DNA from: Candidatus Nealsonbacteria bacterium
GTDB lineage: Bacteria > Patescibacteriota > Minisyncoccia > Minisyncoccales > JANBVM01
Direction of reading: 5' to 3'
NCBI GenBank assembly: GCA_047456315.1
Contig: CP179889.1
Location: 448,776-512,775 of the forward strand
Length of the DNA stretch: 64,000 nucleotides
Position 1 is the first letter of the stretch; each line of letters begins with the position of its first letter. Made by a program: the position numbers and the translations under genes. This document shows positions 7,857 to 17,042 of the stretch, one piece after another. Under the pieces are notes generated by a model. The model was not told where the DNA came from. It ran no database searches and worked only from the letters and a program-made list of their open reading frames with translations.

Positions 7857-7927
7857 CTGCGGGGCTAGGATTCGAACCTAGATCGAGCACTTCAAAGGCG
7901 CTTGTCCTACCATTAGACGACCCCGCA
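7857..7927 (-). tRNA. tRNA-Gln (anticodon TTG)
   Basis: Hand-folded cloverleaf: acceptor TGCGGGG/CCCCGCA, D arm GTCTAATGGTAGGAC, anticodon stem AGCGC/GTGCT with loop CTTTGAA, T arm CTAGG-TTCGAAT-CCTAG. No encoded CCA. Confidence 0.9.
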
Positions 7928-7934
7928 ATGCGTT

Positions 7935-9059
7935 TTAAACGTTTAAAAACTCTACCACCTCTACTACTGCCAATTCCAAAGGCAACTGTGGTATTGAAGC
8001 ATATCTTATCTTATTTTGAGCTTCAAGAAAAGTGCTTAAAATTTTTCTTAAATCTTCTTGCTCAAACAATGACATTTGCTTTTTAAGCACAACTATTTCT
8101 TCCTTTGTCAAACCAGTCAAATAATCTTCTGAACTCACAGGATTCCCCTCCCCCATTATTTTCAAAATCAATCCTTTTCTCAAATAATTAATCAAACTTT
8201 TAGAAAATTCTTCTAAATCCAAACCCTTCTCACTAACTTCATTTAAATAATGAATAGCTTCAAAAGTTTTTTTATTACTCAAAAAACCAGTAAATTTACT
8301 GACCATTTCAATTTCCACCAATCCTAATAAATCCTTAATATCTTCAGCTTTAATTTCATTTTTAGAACCATCATAAAGAATTGCAACCTGATTTAACAAA
8401 CCTTCAGCATCTCTCATAGCGCCTGAAGAATTTAAAGCAATTAATTCCAGAGCTGGTTCTCCAATCTTAATGTTTTCTTTTTTTGAAAGAATCAACAATC
8501 TTTTAATAATTTCAGGTAAAGTGGATTTTCTAAAATCAAACCTCTGGCATCTTGAAATGATTGTTGAAATCATTTTATGAATCTCTGTTGTAGCTAAAAC
8601 AAAAATAGCATGAGCTGGAGGCTCTTCCAGTGTTTTTAAAAGCGCATTAGCTGCTTCTTTAGTTAATTGATGAGATTCATCAATTATAAATACTTTGTAC
8701 TTTGATTTTGTTGGAGAAAACCTAATTCCGTCTTTTAACTCCCTTATATCATCAATTCCCCTATGGGATGCTGCATCAATTTCAATTAAATCCATTGCCT
8801 GTCCTTTCACAATTTCATTACAAGAAGAGCACTTGTTGCAGGGTTCAAATTGTCCTTGCTTTCTGTTTTCACAATTAACAGCCTTAGCCAACAAACGAGC
8901 TATTGTTGTTTTTCCTGTTCCTTTTGGCCCGGAAAACAAATAAGCATGAGAAACCGTTTCAGAAGAAATTGCATTAGTTAATGTTTTAACAACATGTTGC
9001 TGGCCAATAATTTCAGCAAAGGTCTGAGGACGATATTTACGATATAAAACGAGAGTCAT
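7935..9059 (-). CDS. dnaX: DNA polymerase III subunit gamma/tau (short form)
   Basis: 374 aa. YRPQTFAEIIGQ, Walker A GPKGTGKTT, zinc module CNKCSSC, DExH-like IIDESHQL, SRC sensor ISRCQRF. Confidence 0.9.
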   Translation of the reverse strand: MTLVLYRKYRPQTFAEIIGQQHVVKTLTNAISSETVSHAYLFSGPKGTGKTTIARLLAKAVNCENRKQGQFEPCNKCSSCNEIVKGQAMDLIEIDAASHRGIDDIRELKDGIRFSPTKSKYKVFIIDESHQLTKEAANALLKTLEEPPAHAIFVLATTEIHKMISTIISRCQRFDFRKSTLPEIIKRLLILSKKENIKIGEPALELIALNSSGAMRDAEGLLNQVAILYDGSKNEIKAEDIKDLLGLVEIEMVSKFTGFLSNKKTFEAIHYLNEVSEKGLDLEEFSKSLINYLRKGLILKIMGEGNPVSSEDYLTGLTKEEIVVLKKQMSLFEQEDLRKILSTFLEAQNKIRYASIPQLPLELAVVEVVEFLNV

Positions 9060-9063
9060 TTTT

Positions 9064-9660
9064 CTATTTTTTAAATACTATGAATTTGTAACCCAGGAAG
9101 TTCCAGACAAAACCAGTAAAAACAGCAGTCATATTTGCAGCACTTGCCCACATCCTTTCGCTTACTCCGAATCTTACGCCAATAATGTTTAGCACAATAT
9201 AAATAACCGTGGTGTGGATTAAAAGCCCTCCAATCGTTATAAGGAAAAACTGCGCTGCCTCTTTGGTTTTATTCTCAGTATCCTTTTTTTGAAAAGTCCA
9301 GAATTTATTCCAAAAGTATGAATTTACTGCTCCACAACTGAAAGATACAGTTTTAAACAAAACAGGCAGCCAGCCAGAAGTAATGGAAAAAAACCATATT
9401 AAGCAATCAAATACTCCCATATCAATGGAACTATTTAATATTCCAACCAAAAACGATTTTCCAAATTGTATAAGAGTGCGAGTTCTTTTAAAAACAGTTT
9501 CTAAAACCCAGACGCCCAGTAAAGACAAAACAGGTAGAAATACTGGAAAATATTTTAATACTTGCTCAGGAAGAATTCCTGTAAAAAGGGCAACATTGGG
9601 CAAGATAAGTCCACATACTAAACCAATGATTAGAGAAGCTAAAATATCTGCTTTTTTCAT
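9064..9660 (-). CDS. GtrA-family membrane protein
   Basis: 198 aa with four TM helices. Terminal WNFLGYKFIVF motif is typical of GtrA-like proteins. Confidence 0.65.
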   Translation of the reverse strand: MKKADILASLIIGLVCGLILPNVALFTGILPEQVLKYFPVFLPVLSLLGVWVLETVFKRTRTLIQFGKSFLVGILNSSIDMGVFDCLIWFFSITSGWLPVLFKTVSFSCGAVNSYFWNKFWTFQKKDTENKTKEAAQFFLITIGGLLIHTTVIYIVLNIIGVRFGVSERMWASAANMTAVFTGFVWNFLGYKFIVFKK

Positions 9661-9766
9661 TAAGCCATATTATCATAAATTTAAGAAAAATCAAAGCAAA
9701 AAACATTAACAAAAGATTAAAAATTTATATTTTTTAAATAAAAAAAAGAGCTGGATTATTTGCTCT

Positions 9767-10663
9767 TTAATACGTATATAGTAAGTTAAATTTCTCTAAT
9801 TCTTTAGCCCGAGTTCGTAATGTCACTTCAGTTACACCATTAGCTTTGGCTATCTCTTTCTGGGTTTTCTTTTCTCCATTATTTTTGCAGAGGAGATATA
9901 AAAGGCCTGCTATTAATCCTTTTACACTTTTACCCGAAAAATCTTCTTTTATCTCAGTAAATATCTTTAAGGTTAGTTTTTGAGTTTTTATAGAAATGCC
10001 AGTAGTTTCTGAAACAGTGGAGATGTATTTTGCCAAGTTTTGAGACTGCTTCTTTTGTTCAAATATTTTAATTAAATTTGCATACTCTCTAAAAATAGAT
10101 TTCAGTCTGATTTGAGTGAGCTTTGAAATCTCTTTTATTGGATTTGGATTTCCTTCTTTTTTATAGAGAAAGCAAAAAGCAGCTGCCCCCAACACTCTAA
10201 AACTTTTACCACGAGCATCAACTTTTTTCAGAACTTTTGTAAAAAATAACTTAAGTTCTTTTTTAAACACATTTGTGATTCTAAATTCGGGTGAAATTTG
10301 ACGTAAAACTTGATTAAGTTCTATTATTGCAGCTTGTAGTCTCCTTTCTTCATTATCTTTAAAACCACTATACTTTCGTAATCTTCCCATTGTGGACCGC
10401 GTTATGGAAGGAATTTCATTTCCTGAAGAATCAAGGTTTTTACGATCTATATAGCTTCCTAGGTTTCCATAGTGGGTTATGGTTCTTACAGGATATTCTG
10501 GACCATGGCCTTTTTGTTTTATACCTCCCTTTAAATCTATTTCTTTGTATGAGACCACAAGACCGCATCTTGGACAAACGGTTTGGGCTTCTTTTTCCTG
10601 TAAAATTAGATTTTTATTTTCGCATTCTGGACATATTTCAGTAAAATCAATCATTTGCATCAC
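9767..10663 (-). CDS. Transcription factor B / TFIIB-like protein (archaeal-type), full length
   Basis: 298 aa. N-terminal Zn ribbon CPECENKNLILQEKEAQTVCPRCGLVV; linker MGRLRKY; cyclin repeat 1 ARGKSFRVLGAAAFCFLYKKEGNPNPIKEIS; cyclin repeat 2 with HTH FSGKSVKGLIAGLLYLLCKNNGEKKTQKEIAKANGVTEVTLRTRAKELEK. Collinear with archaeal TFB along its whole length, judged from the Pyrococcus TFB sequence as I recall it. Confidence 0.8.
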   Translation of the reverse strand: MMQMIDFTEICPECENKNLILQEKEAQTVCPRCGLVVSYKEIDLKGGIKQKGHGPEYPVRTITHYGNLGSYIDRKNLDSSGNEIPSITRSTMGRLRKYSGFKDNEERRLQAAIIELNQVLRQISPEFRITNVFKKELKLFFTKVLKKVDARGKSFRVLGAAAFCFLYKKEGNPNPIKEISKLTQIRLKSIFREYANLIKIFEQKKQSQNLAKYISTVSETTGISIKTQKLTLKIFTEIKEDFSGKSVKGLIAGLLYLLCKNNGEKKTQKEIAKANGVTEVTLRTRAKELEKFNLLYTY

Positions 10664-10730
10664 TTATTCTTTTTTAAAAGTATTATATATAAATCATATA
10701 ACGTTTCTTAGTGTAATAAATTTCTTAATT

Positions 10731-10758
10731 TTGTCAAATAGTTAAAATTTATTATAAT
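10731..10758 (+). promoter_or_regulatory. Sigma-70-type promoter for cysS (TTGTCA-N16-TATAAT)
   Basis: TTGTCA at 10731-10736, TATAAT at 10753-10758, 18 nt upstream of the ATG at 10776. Confidence 0.45.
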
Positions 10759-10775
10759 AAACCCAGATATAATCT

Positions 10776-12182
10776 ATGTTAAAATTATACAACACATTAA
10801 CTCGTAAAAAAGAAGCTTTTAAGCCCTTTAAAAAAGGAAGGGCTGGGCTTTATACTTGCGGCATCACAGCTTATTGGTTTCCACACATTGGAAATTTAAG
10901 AACCTATCTTTTTGAAGACATTTTAAAAAGAGTTCTCAATTACAACAAGTATAAAGTAAAACACGTAATGAATATTACTGATGTAGGTCATTTAACTTCT
11001 GATGCTGATACAGGGGAGGATAAAATGATAAAAGCTTTAAAAAGAGAAGGAAAAAAAATGAACGAAAAATCAATACTTGAAATCGCTGATTTTTACACAA
11101 AAGCTTTTAAAAAAGATTTAAAAAACTTGAATATTATAGAACCAGATATCTGGTGCAAGGCAACAAAACACATCAAAGAGCAGATTGACATGATTAAAAA
11201 GCTTTTGAAAAACGGTTATGCTTATGAAACAGAAGAAGCAGTATATTTTGACACTTTAAAGTTTAAAGATTACGCAAAATTGGCAAAGTTAAATTTAAAA
11301 GGATTAAAAGAAGGCGCAAGAGCTGAAAAAAGAACAAATAAAAAAAATCCAACAGATTTTGCTTTGTGGTTGAAGCTTGTTGGAGAGCACAAAAATCACA
11401 TTATGAACTGGGATTCTCCTTGGAGCAAGGGTTTTCCAGGCTGGCATATTGAATGTTCAGCAATGAGTATAAAATATTTAGGAAAAGAATTTGATATTCA
11501 CTGCGGAGGAATTGACCATATTCCTATCCATCACACCAATGAAAGAGCTCAGAATATTGGCGCATACAATCATCCAGTAGTAAAAATATGGCTTCATGGA
11601 GAGTTTTTAATTTTAAAAAAAGGCAAAATGGCAAAATCAGAAGGAAACATTGTTATCTTAGATGAGTTAATTAAAAAAGGGTTTGACCCCCTTGCCTATC
11701 GTTACTTAACTCTTAATGCCCATTATCGTTCAAAACTTACTTTTTCCTGGAAAATCTTAGAGTCAGCCCAGAATGCGCTGGAGAATTTATATGAAAAAGT
11801 AAGAGAATTAAAGAAAAACAAAGGTAAAAAATCAAACAAGAAAAAATTTAATAAGTACAAGAATAAATTCCTGGAATATATAAATGACGATTTAAATATT
11901 CCTAATGCATTAGCCCTAACTTGGAACTTAATTAAGGATAAAGATTTATCAAACAAAGATAAATACAGGCTTTTACTTGATTCTGATAAAGTTTTTGGCT
12001 TAGAACTAGATAAAGTAAAAGAAATAAGAATTCCTCAAAAAGTAAAAGATTTAGTTAAAAAAAGAGAAGAATTTAGAAAAAAAGATGATTGGAAAAAATC
12101 TGATGAATTAAGAAAACAAATTGAAGATATGGGATATAAGATTGAGGATACTGAAAAAGGACCAAAACTAAAAAAACTTTAA
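10776..12182 (+). CDS. cysS: Cysteine--tRNA ligase
   Basis: 468 aa. Class I HIGH variant (FPHIGNLRTY), GWHIECSAM zinc site, KMAKSEGN (KMSKS). Confidence 0.92.
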   Translation: MLKLYNTLTRKKEAFKPFKKGRAGLYTCGITAYWFPHIGNLRTYLFEDILKRVLNYNKYKVKHVMNITDVGHLTSDADTGEDKMIKALKREGKKMNEKSILEIADFYTKAFKKDLKNLNIIEPDIWCKATKHIKEQIDMIKKLLKNGYAYETEEAVYFDTLKFKDYAKLAKLNLKGLKEGARAEKRTNKKNPTDFALWLKLVGEHKNHIMNWDSPWSKGFPGWHIECSAMSIKYLGKEFDIHCGGIDHIPIHHTNERAQNIGAYNHPVVKIWLHGEFLILKKGKMAKSEGNIVILDELIKKGFDPLAYRYLTLNAHYRSKLTFSWKILESAQNALENLYEKVRELKKNKGKKSNKKKFNKYKNKFLEYINDDLNIPNALALTWNLIKDKDLSNKDKYRLLLDSDKVFGLELDKVKEIRIPQKVKDLVKKREEFRKKDDWKKSDELRKQIEDMGYKIEDTEKGPKLKKL

Positions 12183-13402
12183 CTTTCTTCCATCACTTTT
12201 TCCACCCATTCCAAAATGTCTTTGGTTAGTAATTTCTTAAAAGTATTTTCTAAAAAAAAGCCATTATTTTTCTTATGAGATTTGTATTTTCGACAAACTT
12301 TATAAAAATCTAAAATCTGGTTTGTAATAGTTTGCCAGGAATATTGTTTTACTTCTTCAATCCCCTTACTCGAAACTTTCTCTCTTAAGCCAGGGTTTTT
12401 AATTAAAATCTCTATTTTTTTAGCAAGTGATTTGTAATCCTTTGGTTTTGTTAAGAATCTTCCTGAAGACTTATTTTTTAAAACCTCTCTATACCCTTGA
12501 TTAGCAAATGCAACAACCGGTGCTCCGCAGGCCATTGCTTCTAAAAGCACTAATCCAAAACTTTCTCTATAAAGTGCAGGGCTGATAAAAACATCAGCTG
12601 TTCTATAATAAGGAGCAATACTTCCTTTTACCCTGCCTTCAAAAATCACTTCTTTAAGCTTATTATTTTTAACATACTTCTTGCATTCCGACTCTAAAGG
12701 ACCATCACCCACTATAATTAACCTTAAATTTAAAAACCTCTTATTTAAAATCTTAAAAGCTTTTAAAAGATAAATTAAACCTTTTCTTTCCTCAATTCTT
12801 CCAACAAATAAAAGATTGATTTTGCCATCGCAATATTTCTTTATTTTTGAAACATTGATGTTAAACTTATCTAGATCTATGCCATTGGAAATAACTTTTT
12901 TAGGTCCTTTGTAAGGTTTGAAATAATTCATAATCAAAGGAGCAACACCTATTACTCCATCTATTTTCCACTGACAGACTTTATTTAAAAGATACAAAAA
13001 ACCAGGGAAATTTTTTAAAACACCGCTGCCTTCCATATTAGAATGAAAGGTTAAAACATTTAAAGTATTTGAAGCTGAAGGGCTGATTAAAATCTGCAAG
13101 ATTGAAGGAAAGCCAAAATTATGAAGGTGTAAAACATTAAACTTTTCTCTTTTTAAAGTTCTTTCAATGGATATTGGATTAAAATTAATATCAAGATCAG
13201 CCTGGGTTCCGCTAAAATCAATTGGAAAAGAAGTGCCCAAAAGAATTACATCCTTGCCGTAATTCTCTGACTTTTTTCTTCTTGGAACAATGATTTTTAT
13301 TTTATGCCCTTTTTCCCTAAGATTTTTTGACAAATCCAGAATATGTCTTTTTACTCCGCCTGGCTGAGAAAAAGTATGAAAAGTGATTAATCCTATCTTC
13401 AT
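12179..13402 (-). CDS. Glycosyltransferase family 4
   Basis: 407 aa. GGVKRHILDL N-terminal motif and ESFGLVLLEAMACGAPVVAF C-terminal motif. Its stop codon overlaps the cysS stop (convergent TTAA). Confidence 0.8.
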   Translation of the reverse strand: MKIGLITFHTFSQPGGVKRHILDLSKNLREKGHKIKIIVPRRKKSENYGKDVILLGTSFPIDFSGTQADLDINFNPISIERTLKREKFNVLHLHNFGFPSILQILISPSASNTLNVLTFHSNMEGSGVLKNFPGFLYLLNKVCQWKIDGVIGVAPLIMNYFKPYKGPKKVISNGIDLDKFNINVSKIKKYCDGKINLLFVGRIEERKGLIYLLKAFKILNKRFLNLRLIIVGDGPLESECKKYVKNNKLKEVIFEGRVKGSIAPYYRTADVFISPALYRESFGLVLLEAMACGAPVVAFANQGYREVLKNKSSGRFLTKPKDYKSLAKKIEILIKNPGLREKVSSKGIEEVKQYSWQTITNQILDFYKVCRKYKSHKKNNGFFLENTFKKLLTKDILEWVEKVMEES

Positions 13403-13482
13403 AATTTAAAATTGTTTTAATAAAAGATTTTATCAAGAAAGCCAGATTCTTGCCAATTAGCTCTTCTCATGTTAAAAATTAA

Positions 13483-16122
13483 GTGAATATGGTTAATCAA
13501 CTACCAAACAAATTACCTCCTCAATCTATTGAAGCTGAGCAATCAGTATTGGGCTGCTTAATGATCGACAAGGCAACAATTATTAGGATTGCTGATTTTT
13601 TAAAACCAGAAGATTTTTACAAAAAAAGCCATCAGGAAATCTACAAGGTTTGTTTAAAGCTTTTTGAAAAAGATGAAGCAATTGATTTTTTAGCTGTCTC
13701 AAATAAATTAAAGGAAAAAGGTGTTTTTGAAGAAATTGGCGGAAACGCATATCTTACTGAGCTGATAAATACTGTTCCTACTCCAGTCAATGCTTTTAAC
13801 TACGCCAAAATAGTTTCCAAGAAAAGGGTTTTAAGGGATTTAATTGATGCCTCTTATGAAATAGGCCAGCTAGGATATGAAGAAGAAGAAGAGACAGATA
13901 CTCTTTTGGATAGAGCTGAAAGGAAAATATTCAGCATTGCCCAAAAAAGTTTATCCCAGGATTTTATACTAGTTAAAGATGACTTAGAAGAAGCGTTTGA
14001 AAGAATTGACCAATTATCAAAGCACAAAGGAGGATTAAGGGGTCTTGCCAGCGGGCTTCCTGATTTAGACAATATTTTAGCTGGTTTTCAAAAATCCGAT
14101 TTATTAATTTTAGCTGCCAGACCCAGTTTGGGAAAATCGGCGTTAGCTCTAAACTTTGCATACAATATTGCAGTTAACCAGAAAATTCCAGTTGGTATAT
14201 TTTCTTTAGAAATGTCAAAAGACCAGGTAATTGACAGGTTGATTTCAAGCATTTCTGGGGTGGACTTATGGCGACTAAGAACTGGCAGATTATCAAGCGA
14301 AGGTGAAGACAATGACTTTACGAGAATCCAGCAATCACTGGCAGTTTTATCAGATGCTCCAATCTATATTCACGACTCATTATGCTCTAATGTTTTGCAG
14401 ATGAAAGCAATGTCCAGACGACTTCAATCTAAAAAAGGGCTGGGCTTAATTATAATTGACTACTTGCAACTTATGGAACCAATGGATATAAAGGCCAATC
14501 CAGTTCAACAGGTATCTGAGAACTCACGTGCTCTAAAATCATTAGCCCGAGAGTTAAATATTCCTGTTTTAGTTGTATCACAATTATCTCGAGCGGTTGA
14601 ACAGCGCTCTCCTCAAATTCCAAGATTAGCTGATTTAAGACAATCAGGATGTTTAACCGGAGATACTCTGATTTCAAGAGCAGATAGCGGGGAACAAATT
14701 CCCATAAAAGAATTAGTGGGCAAAAGCGATATTCCAATATTTGCATTAGGACACGATTACAAATTACATATTAGAAAAATGACAAAAGTATTTTATTCTG
14801 GCAAAAAAATGGTATACGAGTTAAAAACAAGAAGTGGCAGAAAAATAAAGGCTTCTGCCAACCATCCGTTTTGGAAAACGAGCGGTTGGACACGACTTGA
14901 CGAGCTTAAAGTTGGCGACTGCATTGCCACACCTAAAGAATTAAAAATCAGTGCTGCCAAAAATGAACTATTAAGAGAGGAAATTATCCTTTTAGCTCAC
15001 CTTTTGGGTGATGGTTGCATCTTGCCGCGTCAACCCTATCACTACACCAATACCGACCAAGAAAATATTAAAGTTGTGGCTGAAACCGCTGCTAAGCTGT
15101 TTGGTATTAAACCTAAAATTGTAAAACAAAAAAACTGGTGGCATGTTTATTTAACCAGTCCTCGTCGTTTAACTCATGGGAAATATCATCCCATCACTGA
15201 ATGGTATAAATCATTAGAAATCAAAAGGGTTCGCTCTTGGGAGAAAAAGATTCCTCAAAAAGTATTCTCTTTGGACAACGAGCATTTAGCCTTATTTCTG
15301 AAGCATCTTTGGGCAACTGATGGAAGTATCACCTTAAAACCATTACGAAACAAAAAAACCCAATGCAGTATCTACTATTCAAGCACAAGCCATCAGCTGG
15401 CTGTGGGGGTCAAACATTTATTGTTAAGATTTGGTATTAGAAGTAAAATTTCCGAAAAAAGAAAAGAAAATTATCGAATTTGTTATACCGTCTCTATTTA
15501 TGGAAAAGAGCATCAGCTAAACTTTTTTGAAAAAATTGGATGTTTTGGCAAAAGAGGCAGAATTATACCGCAATTAATTGAAAAATTAAATAAAACAAAA
15601 TCAAACACCATTCTTGATGTTTGGCCCAAAGAAACTTGGCAATTTATTATCAATCCACTAAGGAAAGAGCAAGGCATATCTTGGCGCGATTTCAGCGCTG
15701 GTATTAATACCACTTATTACGGAACTGCTCTTTTAAAACATGGAATTGGAATGGAACGGATGCAAAAAATTGCTCAATATTTGCAATCATCACTTATTGT
15801 CAATATGGCGCAAGCTAATATTTTTTGGGACGAAATTGTTTCCATAAAACCCTTATGTGTGCAAAAAGTTTATGACGCTACAGTGGCAGGGCTGCACAAT
15901 TTTGTTGCTAACGGAATCATTGTCGAAAATTCAATTGAACAGGATGCGGACGTAGTTATGTTTATTTACAAAGAAGATAGGTACAGGCCTGAAACCTCAC
16001 GAAAAAATATTGCTGATTTAATTATTGCTAAGCACCGTAATGGTCCTGTTGGAAGAGTTGAATTATATTTTGATGAAGGAAGAGTGAGCTTTAGAAGCCT
16101 GGAAAAAACCTTTGAAGAGTAA
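13483..16122 (+). CDS. dnaB: Replicative DNA helicase DnaB interrupted by an intein
   Basis: 879 aa. N-terminal PPQSIEAEQSVLGC, Walker A ARPSLGKSALALN, IIIDYLQLM, extein resumes at SIEQDADVV..IAKHRNGP. GTG at 13483 or ATG at 13489 as start. Confidence 0.92.
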   Translation: MNMVNQLPNKLPPQSIEAEQSVLGCLMIDKATIIRIADFLKPEDFYKKSHQEIYKVCLKLFEKDEAIDFLAVSNKLKEKGVFEEIGGNAYLTELINTVPTPVNAFNYAKIVSKKRVLRDLIDASYEIGQLGYEEEEETDTLLDRAERKIFSIAQKSLSQDFILVKDDLEEAFERIDQLSKHKGGLRGLASGLPDLDNILAGFQKSDLLILAARPSLGKSALALNFAYNIAVNQKIPVGIFSLEMSKDQVIDRLISSISGVDLWRLRTGRLSSEGEDNDFTRIQQSLAVLSDAPIYIHDSLCSNVLQMKAMSRRLQSKKGLGLIIIDYLQLMEPMDIKANPVQQVSENSRALKSLARELNIPVLVVSQLSRAVEQRSPQIPRLADLRQSGCLTGDTLISRADSGEQIPIKELVGKSDIPIFALGHDYKLHIRKMTKVFYSGKKMVYELKTRSGRKIKASANHPFWKTSGWTRLDELKVGDCIATPKELKISAAKNELLREEIILLAHLLGDGCILPRQPYHYTNTDQENIKVVAETAAKLFGIKPKIVKQKNWWHVYLTSPRRLTHGKYHPITEWYKSLEIKRVRSWEKKIPQKVFSLDNEHLALFLKHLWATDGSITLKPLRNKKTQCSIYYSSTSHQLAVGVKHLLLRFGIRSKISEKRKENYRICYTVSIYGKEHQLNFFEKIGCFGKRGRIIPQLIEKLNKTKSNTILDVWPKETWQFIINPLRKEQGISWRDFSAGINTTYYGTALLKHGIGMERMQKIAQYLQSSLIVNMAQANIFWDEIVSIKPLCVQKVYDATVAGLHNFVANGIIVENSIEQDADVVMFIYKEDRYRPETSRKNIADLIIAKHRNGPVGRVELYFDEGRVSFRSLEKTFEE
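14650..15930 (+). mobile_element. DnaB intein with LAGLIDADG homing-endonuclease domain (427 aa)
   Basis: Starts at Cys (CLTGDTLIS) right after ..DLRQSG. Block B SANHPF. LAGLIDADG-type motifs LLAHLLGDGCI and FLKHLWATDGSI. Ends HNFVANGIIVEN followed by +1 Ser (SIEQD). Removal leaves a 452-aa DnaB. Confidence 0.88.
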
Positions 16123-16125
16123 ATT

Positions 16126-16728
16126 ATGAACTATCCGCCAAGCATTCAAAAATTAATTGATTTGTTTTCTAAATTCCCTACAGTCGGGCCAAAGACAGCT
16201 GCCCGTTTTGTTTTTTATCTTTTGAAATCTGATAAAAAAGCAGTTGATGAATTAATATTTTCTATTTCTAATTTAAAAAGAAACATTAAGACCTGTTCTT
16301 CATGCTTTAATTCTTTTGAATCAAACTCAAAAGAGCTCTGTGAAATCTGCTCTGATGCTTCAAGAGATAAAAACCAGCTCTGCATTGTTGAAAAAGAAAC
16401 TGATTTAAAAACTTTGGAAAAGATTAAAAAATACAAAGGAAGATATTTCAATTTGGGAGGAGAAATTTCACCTTTAAAAAAGCAAAAGAATAAAGAATTA
16501 AGAATCAAAGAACTCAAAAAAACAATAAAACAAAATCCTGAAATTAAAGAAATTATACTTGCCACAAACTCAACTTCTGAAGGAGAAGCAACGGCCCTTT
16601 ATTTAGAGAGAGAATTAAAAGAGTTTAATAAAAAAATCACTCGTTTGGCTCGAGGATTACCTGTTGGAAGTGAATTAGAATATGCTGACGAGGAAACTCT
16701 TAAAAGCGCTTTAGAGGAAAGGAAATAG
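16126..16728 (+). CDS. recR: Recombination protein RecR
   Basis: 200 aa. LIDLFSKFPTVGPKTAARFVFYLL HhH motif, C4 zinc finger (CSSC..CEIC), Toprim ATNSTSEGEATALY. Confidence 0.9.
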   Translation: MNYPPSIQKLIDLFSKFPTVGPKTAARFVFYLLKSDKKAVDELIFSISNLKRNIKTCSSCFNSFESNSKELCEICSDASRDKNQLCIVEKETDLKTLEKIKKYKGRYFNLGGEISPLKKQKNKELRIKELKKTIKQNPEIKEIILATNSTSEGEATALYLERELKEFNKKITRLARGLPVGSELEYADEETLKSALEERK

Positions 16729-16741
16729 CTATATTTCTATC

Positions 16742-17041
16742 TTAAAGTATCTCTACCTCAGTAAAGGGCTGTCTGTGCCCTTTTTTCACCTTATAGCGCT
16801 TGCTTGCTCTATATTTAAAAATAATAACTTTTTTATTCTTCCCCTGTTTTAATATTTTTCCAATAACTTTTGCTTGTTTAAGAAAAGGCTCTCCAATCTC
16901 TATCTTTTTCCCCTTTTCCAATAACAAAACTTCTTTAAAGGTTATTTCACTCCCCTCTTTTTTATCAATTTTCTCAATCTTTATTTTGTCTCCTGGCGAA
17001 ACAATATATTGTTTACCTCCTGTTTTTATTACTGCTAACAT
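16742..17041 (-). CDS. rplU: 50S ribosomal protein L21
   Basis: 99 aa. MLAVIKTGGKQYIVSPGDKIKIEK and HRQPFTEVEI are classic L21. Confidence 0.92.
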   Translation of the reverse strand: MLAVIKTGGKQYIVSPGDKIKIEKIDKKEGSEITFKEVLLLEKGKKIEIGEPFLKQAKVIGKILKQGKNKKVIIFKYRASKRYKVKKGHRQPFTEVEIL

Positions 17042-17042
17042 A

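Noticed and set aside
7820-8086. Listed 88-aa plus-strand ORF
   Set aside because: It overlaps tRNA-Gln and the 3' end of dnaX on the opposite strand.
12177-12184. Convergent overlap of the cysS and glycosyltransferase stop codons (TTAA) with no terminator between them
   Set aside because: This is common in compact genomes and carries no additional signal.
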